In this document: piece by piece, positions 38,281 to 52,653 of the stretch
Numbering within the stretch: position 1 is the stretch's first letter
Layout of the letters: the number at the start of each line of letters is the position of its first letter
Assembly: GCA_021613535.1 (NCBI GenBank)
Contig: CP075495.1
Location: 4,898,001 to 4,962,000 of the forward strand
Direction of reading: 5' to 3'
Length of the DNA: 64,000 nt
Source of the DNA: Adineta vaga
Lineage: Eukaryota; Animalia; Rotifera
Translations under genes and position numbers: made by a program
The notes under the pieces: model-generated
Databases searched by the model: none
What the model was told of the DNA's origin: nothing
The model's input: only the letters and a program-made list of their open reading frames with translations

Positions 38281-41200
38281 ATGTCCAAGACTTCTATTCA
38301 AAAACTCAATGTACACAAATGGATCGATGAAAATGAAAAAGATTTTCTTCCTCCTGTTTGTAACAAATTAATGTAAATGACATTGTTCTAATCACTATAG
38401 TTTCTACTATTGTTTTTTTGCTTGTTCATAGGCATAATGATCAATTGACAATCATGTTTGTTGGTGGACCAAATGTTCGTAAAGATTATCATTTAGAAGA
38501 AGGTGAAGAAGTAAGAATGATTTTTACATTGATTATTTCCTAATTGGCTTTTTTTTTATTTCAAAGCTTTTCTATCAACTCAAAGGTGATATGTGTTTAA
38601 AAGTTGTTGAACAAAACCAACAACGAGATGTTATTATCAAAGAAGGAGAAGTAGAAATGATCTTTTTTATTTATAAAATAACACAATAATGAATCTTTAG
38701 ATCTTTCTTTTACCAGCAAATATTCCTCATTCACCCAATCGATTTGAAAATACCGTTGGTTTTGTCATGGAAAGAAGACGAGATGATAAAGAATTGGATT
38801 GTTTAAGGTATAAAACTTGAAAAATATGATTAAAAACTCTTTCCTATTTTTCAGATATTATCAAGATCAATCTACTAATCGTTTATTTGAACGATGGTTT
38901 CATACAACTGATCTTGGTATTCAATTAAAACCAGTGATTAAAGAGTAAGCATGAAAACTATCTTTCTATCTCCATCGACAACAAGATGAACGGTTCATAA
39001 TCAATAATTGATATAGTAATGCATGCATGCATATGAATTGAAAGATAATGCTCCATTACTTTCGATAAAGAACAAGAAATGAGTTATTGATTCGTAAGAA
39101 TACCATAAAAAAGAATGAGGAAAACAAAGTTTTATTAGAAAAGATTTGATTTAAACTTAATTTTCCTCTGAATATAATTATCGATCTAGTCTATCTTTTT
39201 TCTTTATAATCATAGTGCAATTTATAAGAATCTTAGTTTTTTCTAATACAAAGCTTTACATAAGCTGAATAAAGTCAGGTTAAAATAATGATAATGACAT
39301 CTATCATTTATTTTCAAGGTTTTTTTCATCCGACGAATATCGTACTGGAAAACCTAAAGCAGGTAGAATATGATTGAATAAATACTTCTGTTCAATAACT
39401 TGAGAGAATTACGTGTGTGTGTGTGTATTTTTTTAATTATTTAGATAGTTATCTTCAAGATCCGCCCGTGAAAAATAATGAGAAGATCAAATTGGATAAT
39501 CCATTTTCATTAAATGACTGGCTTGATCAACATAAAGAAGAACTTATTCATGGACATCCGATTAGTTTATTTCCGGATAGATTTCAAACGAGAGTTTGGG
39601 CTTTTCCCAAAGGTGAACATATGATTAATTGTTCAACTGGTGATGTTTGGTTATGGCAACATGTAAGTATTCATTCATGATTTCTACAAAAAAGAACAAT
39701 ATGAATTTTCTTTTGTTTAATTAGAAAGGAAATTCTACTGCAAAAATCATTACATGTGATAAAGAAGAATCACTTGTTAATTTAGAATTATCGGATTCTA
39801 TCTATTTGAATGTTTGTTGGACGTAAGTATTCGCTTGTTTTTTGTTTATAGAGGAAAATGTCATTTATTCTTCTACGAGATTCTTATTGATATTTGATAA
39901 GAAAGAAAAAGTCAAGAGTCTTATTCAATCAATCAAATAGCAATTAAATGCAATTCATGTTGACAAATATCAACGATGATCTCCGAAGTTCGAAATAATC
40001 AACAGATAATATATTTTCTTCCTCTTTCTGTGTGATTCGATTTATTTTTCAGCTTTTATTCCCGTGTACGGGATCGACACGATGAGAAATACATACATTA
40101 TAGTTTGATCACACGATGAATTTTTGGAACATATACAAATTAGAATTTTGTCTAAAAAGAAAACTATTGTTTTTGCCAGCCATGAGTACAGATAAAGTTT
40201 TCAACTGGGAAGAAAAAATTCCATCGTTGATTACAAGTGATGACAGAAAATCTATTCAAAATTGACAATATGAGATTAATTTATAGGAACGGTTTCCGTC
40301 GAGTTTGGAAGAGAGATTTTTCTATGACAGATCCGTTGATTGTATGATTATCTTGACGAATTGTTGATATCGTTGTTGCTGTTATTGTTGTTGTGGATGG
40401 AGGTACAGATGAGGATGCTATCACTGTTGGCGTAGTCATCCGAGAAACGAAATGTATTAATTGATGTGGACCAGCTTTAGTTCGTACAAGTTCATCAATT
40501 TTGGGTGCCATTTTTAGAGTTAATGTAACAATGGCGGCGCAGAGGAGGATAATTAAAAGTCCGACAATACTAACAATTCGAGCAATAATACGTTTTTTAC
40601 GATCAGCAGCTGCTAATAGACGTTGTTGTTTTAGTTCTAATAGACTTGATGGTGTTCGATCAACAATAGAACCTACTGATGATGTATAATTTGTATTCGA
40701 TCTTTTTGCACCACGTTGTTGATAATGTGTTTGTTTAACAACGAGATGTTGTATGAATGCATCATGAACCTGAGAATCTTTTTCGAGAGTGTCAGTTAAT
40801 TGCCGTGATGAATTTTTTATGGACAATGGATGGGATGGATTAGGTATTGGTGAGGTATCAACGTCTGACATTAATCGATGAACGACAACGATAACATCGA
40901 TAGTTGAAATAACATAAGCATATTTGTTGTTTGGTTAGTACATTTACATAATCAATTTATGAGATCGACACGATGCGATGCGATGTAGTACGACAACGAA
41001 TAAGAGAAAACCTAAACAACAAGTTGTAAGATAGAATGACAATGTCAACAACGCTAACGAAAGGAAGCGAGCTTAATTGATCAGTCCATTTCGTTCTCCT
41101 CTTTTTTTTCTGTCTTTGTTCTCATCTAACAAACAAATTCGACGATCTATCATTGTCTATAAGCTATATGTAGATCGAATCATCCCTTGTTTTTTCTCAA

Positions 41201-43807
41201 AGCTCTATATTCTTATAGAAATAATTCTTTTCGAAAATAAGTTTGCTATGTCATGCAAAATAGCTTCTTAATCACAAAGAAAAGATAACAATCATCGTTC
41301 ACGTCTGACTACGTAGTAGATACTCGAGAATGAGTGAGAGAGAGAGAGAAATAAATCACATATTGTTCTGTCATTACTTACAAAATGCGCGACATTGATG
41401 TGATTTATTGATATGAAATTTTGTGACTATGCCATAATAGAAAACTAAAAATTGACTGAAATAGACTAAAATGACGATCGTACATAGTTATATAATTAGA
41501 ACATCCATTTGTAGATAGAAAATCGTAAATTGATGAATATACATATATAATTACAAGCTAAATCCGAAAATTTCTAATAAGATTTAAGCTTAATAGAAAA
41601 CAGACGACGTTAACTAACAAGCATATTTTCGAGTTACCATCGTTGAGCAAATCATTATAGATATATGTTTTTCTATTTTCTTGCTAGTTTCCTTCGTTTT
41701 TTTTCTTTTTTTTAATAATCGGTACTCCCTTGTCAATAAGCCGAGATGTGGTTGTCGACGAAAAAGCAGAGAAAAAAGGGATAGAGAGAACAATACCCGC
41801 CCGAAACCGTTCAAACTTCCTCTAGTTGCTTGGCGTTGTTGCTTTTTCTACTACTATCCAAACTACGAGTGTCGTCTCACGTTTGTATCATTTGACAGGA
41901 AACAAGGAAAAAAAGAAAAGAGAATAGAACGAAGACGTTACTTATTTTCTTTCGCTCTGTCTTTTTTTCTATTCCTTTACATTCTATTAGAGGTTTTCAC
42001 TTTTTTCTTTGAGAAAAAAATGAAGAACGGAAATTCTCATGTATGTGCTTTATTTCTCTAATATTCTCTTCATTACTTGCTTTATTTTTTTGAAATGATC
42101 ATATGTCACTACTATCGGTGTTTCTCGTTTACTTTCCCAAGTCTGCATTTTGAAAAAGGTGCTCGCGCAGGATAGAGAGAGAGAAAGTGTTAAAGAAAAA
42201 ACATGAATGTATAAGCATAAAATAAAAACGACAAATAGAAATTGAAAAGCATTTGTGCGTGTAAGCATTCACACATACTCATACATAAAATGAGCAATAG
42301 TCTTGCATGCATTTCAATTTCTAAAGGATCAATTGTCATTAGGGTTTCAACAATAGTTTCTTTTCTCATTCAAGAGCAAAGACGACAGTTAAATGTCAGA
42401 AAGTATTAGTAGAAAAGAAAATTACGAGTATACTTTTAATAAGAGAAAACTGAATTGAAGTATTCTCTCCGTAATTAGTGCAATGAAACGAATAAAACAA
42501 AAGATTGTTAATGTCGAGTTTTGATTAACTCTTGATAATTACCAATGAAAAGAAAAGAAAAGAAAGGTTAGTTAGATGAAATATTGAAAAAAAAGAAGAG
42601 AATGAATTAATGATTACAAAATTGACATGAAGAAAATGAAAGATAATGTATGTTCTCTTGGTTAACTCATTGAAAACGATTGACAAAAATACATTGAGAC
42701 ATGTAAAGAGATTTTCTAATGTATGTTTAAGAGAAAATGATAAAAGCTAAAGAATAGTTGATAGAACATAATATAGAATGTTTTTTTTTATCTTTTGAAA
42801 CATGATGAGTAGTTAAAAGACAAAGCGATAGATATTCTTTGGGGATTTATCAGTTCTATCTAACGTAGAATATAATCGTGTTCAATAACTTTTTATGGTT
42901 TGTCAACGAGTCGATCAAAATTATTGTGATTGGTAATCAACAAACACTGTATTAAATCTTGTTTTATCTGAGGAAAATATTCGATTTATTGCCCTTAGAA
43001 GACGTTTCATATTGAAAAGACAGGAAAGGGAAATTGGAACAATGTATTCTCAATGTGAACGTCAATTCTTTAATCGTTGACGATGGAATCTAATCATTGA
43101 ATATGCGTCGTTTGTCCTTCTATCTACTAATGTAAAACTATAGTGCTACAATTAATAATTGTTGTCGTTATCGTTTTATATCAGCAATGATGGTACCCTC
43201 GAGTATGCGAACGAAAAGCATGGAGAGAGCAACAAGTAAAGCATAACGAAAAAGCTTCTACTTACAAAGGCAGAGTGAATATAAGTACAATGATACTTAA
43301 AAAAAAAGAAACAAATTAAAATGAAAAGGAAATGAATGATATCTTATATATATATGCATTAGTATATTTAATTAGAAACGGAGATCAAGATAATTGATTC
43401 TTCGTCGAAATAATAGTATATAGTAGACCATTTTTCACCTTAAGTTTTTCTTTCCTTTTGTCTATATTCTTTCTTGTCAAGAGAATATCGCGTGCCATAA
43501 GAATCTATATATATATATATATATATATTATTTCCTTGATGTGCATGTTGCACCAATATTACAATGAAAAATTAATATACCATATACTTCTTTCAACCTT
43601 AGTCATTCAAAAGACAATACCAATCGATATACGTCATCAAGCATTTAATATATTTATCAATTAATCTTTTTTATTTTTACGTTTTTGAAATAGAAAAAAG
43701 AATTGATATCTATGATGTTATTTTTCTTTCTTAGATGTCAATTGAATGTCAATACTGATGGTGTTATTCTAGCAATTAGTCAAGATCCAACACGAAAAAC
43801 TGCATGA
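38281..43807 (+). CDS. HAAO: 3-hydroxyanthranilate 3,4-dioxygenase (kynurenine pathway, de novo NAD+ synthesis)
   Basis: Spliced translation includes [87 protein letters not shown]. Terminal exon 43735-43807 encodes [23 protein letters not shown]. Confidence 0.95.
40281..40871 (-). CDS. Orphan single-pass (type II-like) membrane protein nested antisense in the last HAAO intron
   Basis: 196-aa ORF with basic residues RKKR before the TM segment [25 protein letters not shown], then a Thr/Ser-rich stalk. Confidence 0.75.
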   Translation of the reverse strand: MSDVDTSPIPNPSHPLSIKNSSRQLTDTLEKDSQVHDAFIQHLVVKQTHYQQRGAKRSNTNYTSSVGSIVDRTPSSLLELKQQRLLAAADRKKRIIARIVSIVGLLIILLCAAIVTLTLKMAPKIDELVRTKAGPHQLIHFVSRMTTPTVIASSSVPPSTTTITATTISTIRQDNHTINGSVIEKSLFQTRRKPFL

Positions 43808-46800
43808 ACAAAAAGACAATTTTTTGTTGTTCTTCTAATGTTTAAGAAACTTGAAATAAATTCCGAGATACTCGTTTATACTTCAAATGTGATTTAGAAC
43901 GAATGAAAGGACAAAGTCTACAATAAATCAGAATGGAATTAATCAAGACATGGTAAATTTTATGTTTGTTAAGTAACTATAGAGCATTGATGACGTCTTT
44001 ATAGTATTGATTGAGTACTAAGGAAGAATATATGTGCGTCGAGATAGAAGTAAATCTATACCCGTGTTAATGCTGTGCACAATAGAGTTTGTTAGAGAAG
44101 ATTACTTCCAGATGATGAGCAATACTTACTGTTCTTTTCTAAATATCAATCAAGACAATGATTTTCTCGTAGAAAAAAACTTAATCTACTTGATGATTAA
44201 CTCTATTTCTTGGGAAAATATCTCAATTTGTCATGTATTTAGACATGCATCTATATGCTCGTATCAAGTGTTGTTCTCTCAAGTATGATGATTATAAATG
44301 ACAGACAGTTTTTTAATATTCTCATGTAATAAACAACAAGAAAAATTCAGCTACAATTTTAATGAATTACATTCATTGATGATTCTACTTCAAACTACGT
44401 ACACAATTAGAAGAGATTAGTAAAAAATAGAGATGACATAAATTTTGATCGATAGTCTCTCAAGAATTTCTCTATTACTGAATGGATTTCGACGATGTTT
44501 GATTATAGTATCTGAACTTTACTGTATTAACTTTGGGATACTTTGATGATTTCAATATAATCTATTTTTTAAACAATTAACCGATATAAATAACTCTTGG
44601 ACATTTGACTATAACAAAAACAACAACTTACTTAGGTCTAAAGTCAATATGTTCGTCTGTTTCTAGTCCAAATCGATAAAAGGAAACAATTTATGTAGAA
44701 TAAGATCCATTTATATCATCCATGTCGACTGCATCGAATCAAAGTTACATTAGATACTAATGAATATGACGACAGTATTCGATAGAATAGTTTGTCCTGG
44801 ATAATATTGATAATCATCTTGCATTTTCTAAGCAAAACAACTCGTTTTTAGTAATGACTTGATTATAGCTTCTCATAAATCATTAGATTTCCTTTTTCTG
44901 TATAATCAAGGTAAACAGAAATCGGAATCTTCTCCATTTTCTTCTAGCATCTCAAGAATTATCTAGTCGATCTAAATTGAATTCTAACCATTCTTCAACA
45001 TAAAGAATCATGAAAGAATGTGTTCTACGAGAGAAACCAAATACAATGCGCAAAATACATCTCATAAATCTAGGTGACTATGGAAGGGTCATTAAAGGTC
45101 GAAAACAAAATTCCAAAGAACAATTTTTCTTTCTGTAATATTAACTGTTGCATTTTAGTTCTATCTCTACTCTACGAGAGCGTCATTACTTGATTTACAC
45201 TAGATAACTTGATACTTACATGTTCTTTGAGAAACAACCGAATCATATAATATGATCATTGAAAATTCTGATTGCTAAGGTCATGGAGAACTTCGACCAA
45301 AGAAATATAATTATAAACCTTTGTTTGATCATAGATGGAAACCAGAAGAAAGTTTAATAATGTATAAATTGTTTGATAATTAACACCGACGCGAGCTTTT
45401 CTGATAAGACAGAAAACAAATCACCTGGGAAAAACGAATCGAGGTATAATCGATTTTCTAAAGATGTATATACTTTATTTTGTAACAGAGAAAATTGTGT
45501 GTTCGTGAAGACAATGGATCCGATAGGTATAGCTTTCACGGAATGCAAGAATCATTCGATTTATTTTTTGTTTAATGTCATATCAATATACTAAGAAACC
45601 TTTCGATACTAACAATAAAAAAGATGATGTTTTCTATTTCATTCAAAGGTGCAAGATTCAATAGAATTAATGAGAAACTATTTTTTATTTTGAATGTATT
45701 AATCATATGTTCTTCACAGAACAACCTTTTTCAAATTCATCACAGGATATTAAGTAGTTTCATGTGGAGCAACTTTTTTTCTATTGAAACAAATATAAAC
45801 ATACTATTTGAAGGCCACAAACACACCATGCACTCACAATAGATTAGCTTTGAAAGTTTTCATACACGTTATGATTCTATGATAGTTTCACAAATCAGGT
45901 GTCTAACTTTTCCATAGGTATTACATTCGTTTTTAAAATTCACAAATAAGTATTCAAATGCTATATAACATAGATTCTTCTGTTTTCATATACTTCTTTC
46001 TGATCTTGAAATAAAAGTTGTTCACTTTTTCAAAAGTCTACTATGTTTGTGGATATCACTAAAAAGGAAGAGTATCAATATACTTTTCATATCTCAATGT
46101 CGGTAGTTTAATCGTCTAGTAATATATCATTGATACTCTAGTACGAAATTACATCTAAGTAATCAGGAAAATCAGTATGTCATCATTTCCGATTAACTCT
46201 TTAAATAGTTAACAACAGATCTTCAGATGTATGACTGAACAAAATCCAAAAAGTTCTTAACTAAAATTCAATTACTCTCTTTGGAATCAAAACAATCATC
46301 AAATATCTTCGAATTTATTAAACGAAATCCTACACATATAATTCAAAGCATTATTCGATAAAGAAATACATTGATGAATTTTTCATGTTAATAATATCGA
46401 AATGTGAAGTAGTTCTACGATTGATTCAATTCGCTGCTCTATCTCACTTTGAAAATTTTGAACAGTAGAATGTTTTCTACGAAATATCTATAATCCATTA
46501 TATGTTTCTATATCAAAATGAAATATAATTTTTGTTGACCGCTATAAAAAGCTTCAAACGTTTCGTTTTGGGAATTAACAATTGAATTGAACAATACTAT
46601 TGTGCACTTTTACAAATACTAACTTTTTCAATCTATCCGTTAAACGATACAATTATTACTGTTTGATATTGGTCACACTTACAAAACTTCAATGACAGAA
46701 TAATATTTTTTTTTCATCAATGTTCATTTTATAATTAGTGTAAATCTAAAAGCATTACTTCATATGTTAGTACTTTAATTAATAAGAACGAGACGATGTA

Positions 46801-48714
46801 TTTTTAGTAACATATTTTCTATATCAAAGTATAACGATATGAATAACAGCAGTAACCGCATGTGTTTACTCAATAGAGACCTCGTAAATAAAATGAATTC
46901 AAGGTGTTTCATCAAGATATTAGTATTAATCATTTCATTGTGATGCCTTAACATAAAATCGAGCAAACAGAGCTAAACCATTTGTTTGTTCGATCAAATC
47001 TGTTAATAATAAAATGAAAATAAACTGTTTATAGTCAATAAATTTCTTCACAGTCATGTTCTGATATCAAATCTGTATATTAATAATGTTTCATATAATT
47101 TTCAAAATGTTATATTTTCTTACAAAACATTTCATTTATAATCAAGGTTAGAAAATGTTTTGTAATACAAAGACAAACCTTGTAACGGTTGCACTTATAA
47201 CTAATCATGACAAATGTGTAGAAAAAGAAGCAGAAGAAGAGAGAAAAAACGACACATTATTACTTTTAGTATTAATTCATTAATAATGAAAATAGCATAC
47301 TAATTGGACTGTAGTTACCGTCTCGAATATTCATTTTTTTTCTGCTAAGAATAATATGTCAAAACCAATCATTATGTTACAGATCAAAATTTATGTGTAT
47401 ATAATAACACCTTGATAAAGTTTATAACTAAGTGTTCATAATAGATTTGATATGTTATGATGAATGTCAATACATTTGTTCTATCACCTCACACATTTAT
47501 TTCTATCATTTGATATACATCTCATATGTAGAGATTTGTTTTCAATAGGAGGAAAAAAAAGAAAAAAGGCCAAAAAATCAATTATTAAAATATCACTAAC
47601 AACATTCTGTTGATTTTTGATAAATATATAATTCAATCAATAAATAAAACACTCGCATTATATATTTATTTTTGCAAGTTGATATCAATTCGAAATGCAA
47701 TATGATGGTGCTCTTTTTTTTTCTTCTTCTTCTTATCTCTCTGTGAAAAAAACGAGAATTTTTTCATGCATATACGAAATAAAAACAACACCAGATGTTT
47801 TGTTTTATCAAAGCCAGATGAAATAATACAAACGTTTGTTTTTTTCTCTTTTGTAACATAAGGTTTTTCTTTGCATTCATATGTGTACATAATTTGCATG
47901 AGAAGGCCGTAGTACCTCTCGTCAACGTACCTACTCGCTTTTTTTCTTCTCATTCTCTCTCGCGCTCTCTTTCTATATTTTGCTGTTTTTTTTTAATTTT
48001 CAATCAGTGGTAGGCGACATCATACGACTGTAGGTAGGTATTGGAAGAGAATAAAAACCTGGATGTATATGCAAAACAAAGTAGAGAAAAGAAAACGACC
48101 GTTGATGTGTGGTTTGTGGCCGCTATTGAGAAGAGATTGCCAAATTGTTGTACACAACACAAGAAAGGTCGCGAAGAGAATAGAAGTGTTCGCCCGCCAC
48201 CGGCCTTTCTCTCTCTCCCTCTTTCCTTATTCGAGAAAGAAAAAAAAGAGATTCTTTTTCTTCGTTTCTCGTCGTTGACGAAAGATTGTGGTTGGTGCAC
48301 ATCAAGACAAAGAGTCGACCGCACAACAGCCACCCATCCATCGTTTTAGTAATAGAAGTAGTCGACGATGAAACATCAAGCAGCTGAGAGAAAGAAAAAG
48401 AAAAACGAGTAAGCAACCATGTGGTAACTAGATTTTATCATTAGAACAATCGGCTAATGATCAAAATTGATGATTAAATCAACAGATTTCAGTAGAAGAA
48501 AAATTCATTTTTTATTCAAAATGAACTTCTTAGGTTTCTTTTCTTTTCTTTACTCTAGCCATTTTTTGTTATTTCTTTACGTATATATATATATATGTAT
48601 ATATACATCGACATGTCCTTGAAGAGACCTTGTTACCATAACAATCGTTCAATAGAATAATATTTGAACATTTATCTTTTAGATCAAATATTCTTTTTTT
48701 TTTCGTAAAAGATC

Positions 48715-49961
48715 ATGACAGAATTACTTAATAATTTTGATTGTGGTAATAATAATACGGCCAGTAAAAATAAAGAATTATCATTAGCAACAGCTTATAA
48801 TAATGAACAAATCCTTTATCGTTCTTGTTTAATTGGTGATTTAGAACGAGTTCAATATTTACTTGAAAATAATTCATCATCATCAATTGATCTCAATCGA
48901 CAAAATTCCGATGGTTTAACATTATTACATTTTGCTTGTTCAAATAATTTCTATGGACTTGTTCAATTACTTTTACAATATGATGCAGATAATCATATTC
49001 GTGATCATCTTGGACGTACATGTCTAATTATGCATCCATCAAAGGTTATCGTGCAATTATTAAATTATTATTAGAATCTCTCGAAGATTCTATGAAACAT
49101 GATTTTATTTATGTTAATGATGACCAAAAGAAAACATCACTAGATTATGCTTGTGAAAACGATCATATAGATTTAGTTGAAATCTTTTTAGAATTAACAA
49201 ATATCGATCAATTTGATCTAACATCTTCATTATATTATTCATGTGTTGAAGGTCATCTAGATATTTGTCATTTATTAATCAATAAACAACGTAAAAGAAA
49301 AGATTCATTTTATTTACAAACATCATTTATTCAAAGTATTTGTCAACGTGGTCATATTGAAATTTTACGTTTATTAATTGAATATTTTTCTCTTGCCAAT
49401 GAACAACGTCAATATGGAAATAGTACATTATTTTCTTGTATAACAACGTTAGATATAATTTTAGTTCGTAAATTATTAGAACGACAAGCCCGTCTAACTG
49501 AAAAAGATATTCATGATTTAATAACATTTTGTCCATTAAATGATCAAAATCATTTTTATATTGATCATTATTTCGATTGTTTAGAATTACTCATTCGTTA
49601 TCGATTAAATTTTGATGATCAAAAAATTTGTAAATATTTTATTCGAGAATTATGTGAAAAATGTACAACAATTTTAATTGGAAAGAAACTTCGATATCTC
49701 TTCGCTTTAGCACTTTATACTGGTTCAATACAATTACATCGTCGTTCAACAATTAAATGGTGTGGTGAAATAAGTATTGTAACAAAACGTCATGTCAATT
49801 TAATCGATGTTTTTAAACAAACAACTAAAAATTGGTCATTAAAACATATCTTAAGATTGAAAATACGACGTTCAATGAAAACATTTAATCATGAAGAAAT
49901 TAGAAAATTACCTGGACTACAACAACATCATATGGATTTTCTTAGTTTTGAATATTTATGA
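48715..49961 (+). CDS. Ankyrin repeat and SOCS box (ASB-like) protein with a 1-nt frameshift near 49027
   Basis: Ankyrin repeats DGLTLLHFACSNN, GRTCL(x)YASIKGY, KTSLDYACENDH and LYYSCVEGH, and a C-terminal SOCS box SLKHILRLKIRRSM..IRKLPGL..MDFL. Adding one base at TGTCTA^ATTAT fuses the two ORFs. Confidence 0.85.
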
Positions 49962-52574
49962 AACTCTTACAGTCTTTGTTTGTCTATCTGTATGTGTGAT
50001 ATTTTTTTTAACTTATATTAGGAAAATCTATGTCGAAGACGAAATAAACAGTTTATGAAAGAAGAAGAACAAAAAAAAGAAAAACACTTTTTCAAATTTG
50101 ACATTGATATTTTTGTATCTTTATCAATGATGTCTACTACCACTTTTCTATAACCTTTCTTTCGTATTAGATGCCTTGTTTATAACACCTTGAAGCACGA
50201 TTGAATTATATTAGATATAATTGTCATAGGTACAACATGAAAGTAATCGAATTCAAACGAATAAATTACTCTTTTTCTTTATGATTAGAATTTGCATAAA
50301 GATTAGTAATATAATCATTTATACAAACGTTGACGTTAGGATTTCATTGGTCTACATCAAGCATTTGCTTTGACATGAATATACAATTTTTCAAAGGTAA
50401 CATCAAGAGTATGCTTATAATGTAGAAAAAATTCTTCTTGAAAAATATCATCAAATATTCAATTGAATAACAAAAGATACCATCAGATATTTCGTATGAT
50501 TCGAGAAAAACAATTTTGATTCATATTCGACGATAAATCTTTTTTCTTAATAATCAATATGTTCTAGAAAATGATCAATAGAGAAAAAATATATTATATT
50601 TACTCAGGTCTTTTTCTACTTCATACTCGTCCATCTGTAGATGAAACTTCATTTCTGTCAATAGACATAAAGTAATGGTGTTTAATGTACGACCATACTA
50701 TGTGTGTCAACAGTTGCAGATGACTGATCATATAATTGTATTCAGGTCTACGTATATATCATTGATACATGAAAGGATCAATATACATAATTACGATAAT
50801 GTTTTGTTGCAAAATAAATCAATCAAGATTTGTAATAGACAAGGATATTTTGATATACGTGTATATATATATAATAAAATGCGAATCTATTTCACGTTAA
50901 TCATCAAGACAAGGTCTGTAAATATCTTTTGAAGAGATAGCGATTACAATATGATCGAAGACGAGCTAATCGAATAAATTCAAGGCTGGTTATTTATTTA
51001 ACATGATATCGTACACAGAAGATAGTTAAACCATTCTTGCTTTATACATATATCAACGAGAGAGAAGTAATTTTATACATGACTGATTTCTCTGTTCTTC
51101 TCATATGTTGATATCATAAAATAATCGTTATATGAGTGTGTTTTTACTCAATGAATTAAACGATATATGCACAGCTGCATATTTTTATATTCAACAATCA
51201 ATAGGTTTTATATATTTTGCTTTTCATGAAATATATCGGCAATGAACATGCATAAGAACTATTCTGAAGCAATGTGTAACCAAAATTCAAGTCCAAAAAT
51301 AATTTTTTAGCAACAACAACGGTTTGTACAGACAAAAAAAACTTCTGTCTCTAGAACTCTGCAATTACTCGGCCAAATACTACCAAAATAAATGTGAAAA
51401 ATAAGTGTTATACCCTCCAATATTACTCTTAACAATGAAGTGTACAAACAACTAAAAATTAATTGAATAAATGTAAAACAATCAATCTTTTTATAGATTT
51501 CTTATTCTTCTCACTTATTAATGCTTTTTTATTTACTGTTTTTAACATCTTTCGATTTAAATCTTCCTACACAAATAAAGAACATTTCTCAAATGAAACA
51601 TTCATAATAATAATCATAGATACTTGATAGTAGACTATCGACATGTATCGGAATACTGATTTTTTCTTTCTTTTCTTTCATACTTTATGATATAATAAGT
51701 AAAGAAAAACATAGTATCTAGTAAAACATACTCACTCAACATTCCTTCTTTGATGGAAAGGATTGAATAATCACTTGTCTTACATCATTTTTATGAACTT
51801 ATATGATAACGAAAATGAACATCATGGAATAAAATAGCATTCGATACTAATAATTTCGTATACGATGTAAAACTATAGTAGATATTTATTTTATAATTAT
51901 AAAGATTAAAGTTCATTTTTAATGTCAATTCTTATTCAACTATATAATTTGAACTTTCATGAAATAGTTCTACTATGTAATTCGAATCGTTGATTGTTTC
52001 ATACCTTAAAAATGATAATATTCTCTGTTTGATAACTACCTCAGAACATAACTGTATGATTTATATTATATAAATAAATAAAAAACGTACGACGTATACA
52101 TATTTATTCATCGATGAAGATTATTTTAAATCTTTCAATAAACATTTTAATGAACGAATACAAGTTCGGAGAACTTTATCAATTGAATGTGAATAGAATA
52201 TAACTATTGAAGTTAATCAGCAACTGAAAAGTGAAAACGTAATACTATAATAACAAAGAGAAGAAAATTCGAAATTTATAGAATTTAATTCGATTCTATA
52301 GGACATCTATCGATATAGTATCATAATATCATATCTCAAATTTAAATAAAACTATGGACTGTGGATTCAAAGAAATTCACTATTTTCCCCTCGTATCTTA
52401 CTTCTAACTACTTAGTTATAATCGATATTTGTTTTATTCGATTCATATCTAGAGACTTACGATTTTATATACAATATATAAAGATTTCAATGAAAAAAAC
52501 TTTCATGTATCATTGCAAAAACCGCATTGTTTATTCAAGTAAAGAACATGTTGACCTTATGCATCCTACCCACA

Positions 52575-52653
52575 CAGGACGAACAATATAAATCCGAGTA
52601 CGGTGTTCTCAAAATAAAGTGATGGCCGTATTCGGACTGTATCTTTCGGCTTG
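52575..52653. repeat. Degenerate ~80-bp palindrome (MITE-like or hairpin)
   Basis: CAGGACGAACAATATAAATCCGAGTACGG pairs imperfectly with CCGTATTCGGACTGTATCTTTCGGCTTG. Confidence 0.6.

Noticed and set aside
47120-47165. 13-bp perfect inverted repeat TTACAAAACATTT/AAATGTTTTGTAA
   Set aside because: Very AT-rich and plausible by chance at this base composition.
47666-48416. Cluster of overlapping 70-110 aa ORFs
   Set aside because: This is a promoter/5'UTR region with GA and T tracts upstream of the ASB gene; no protein-like signal.
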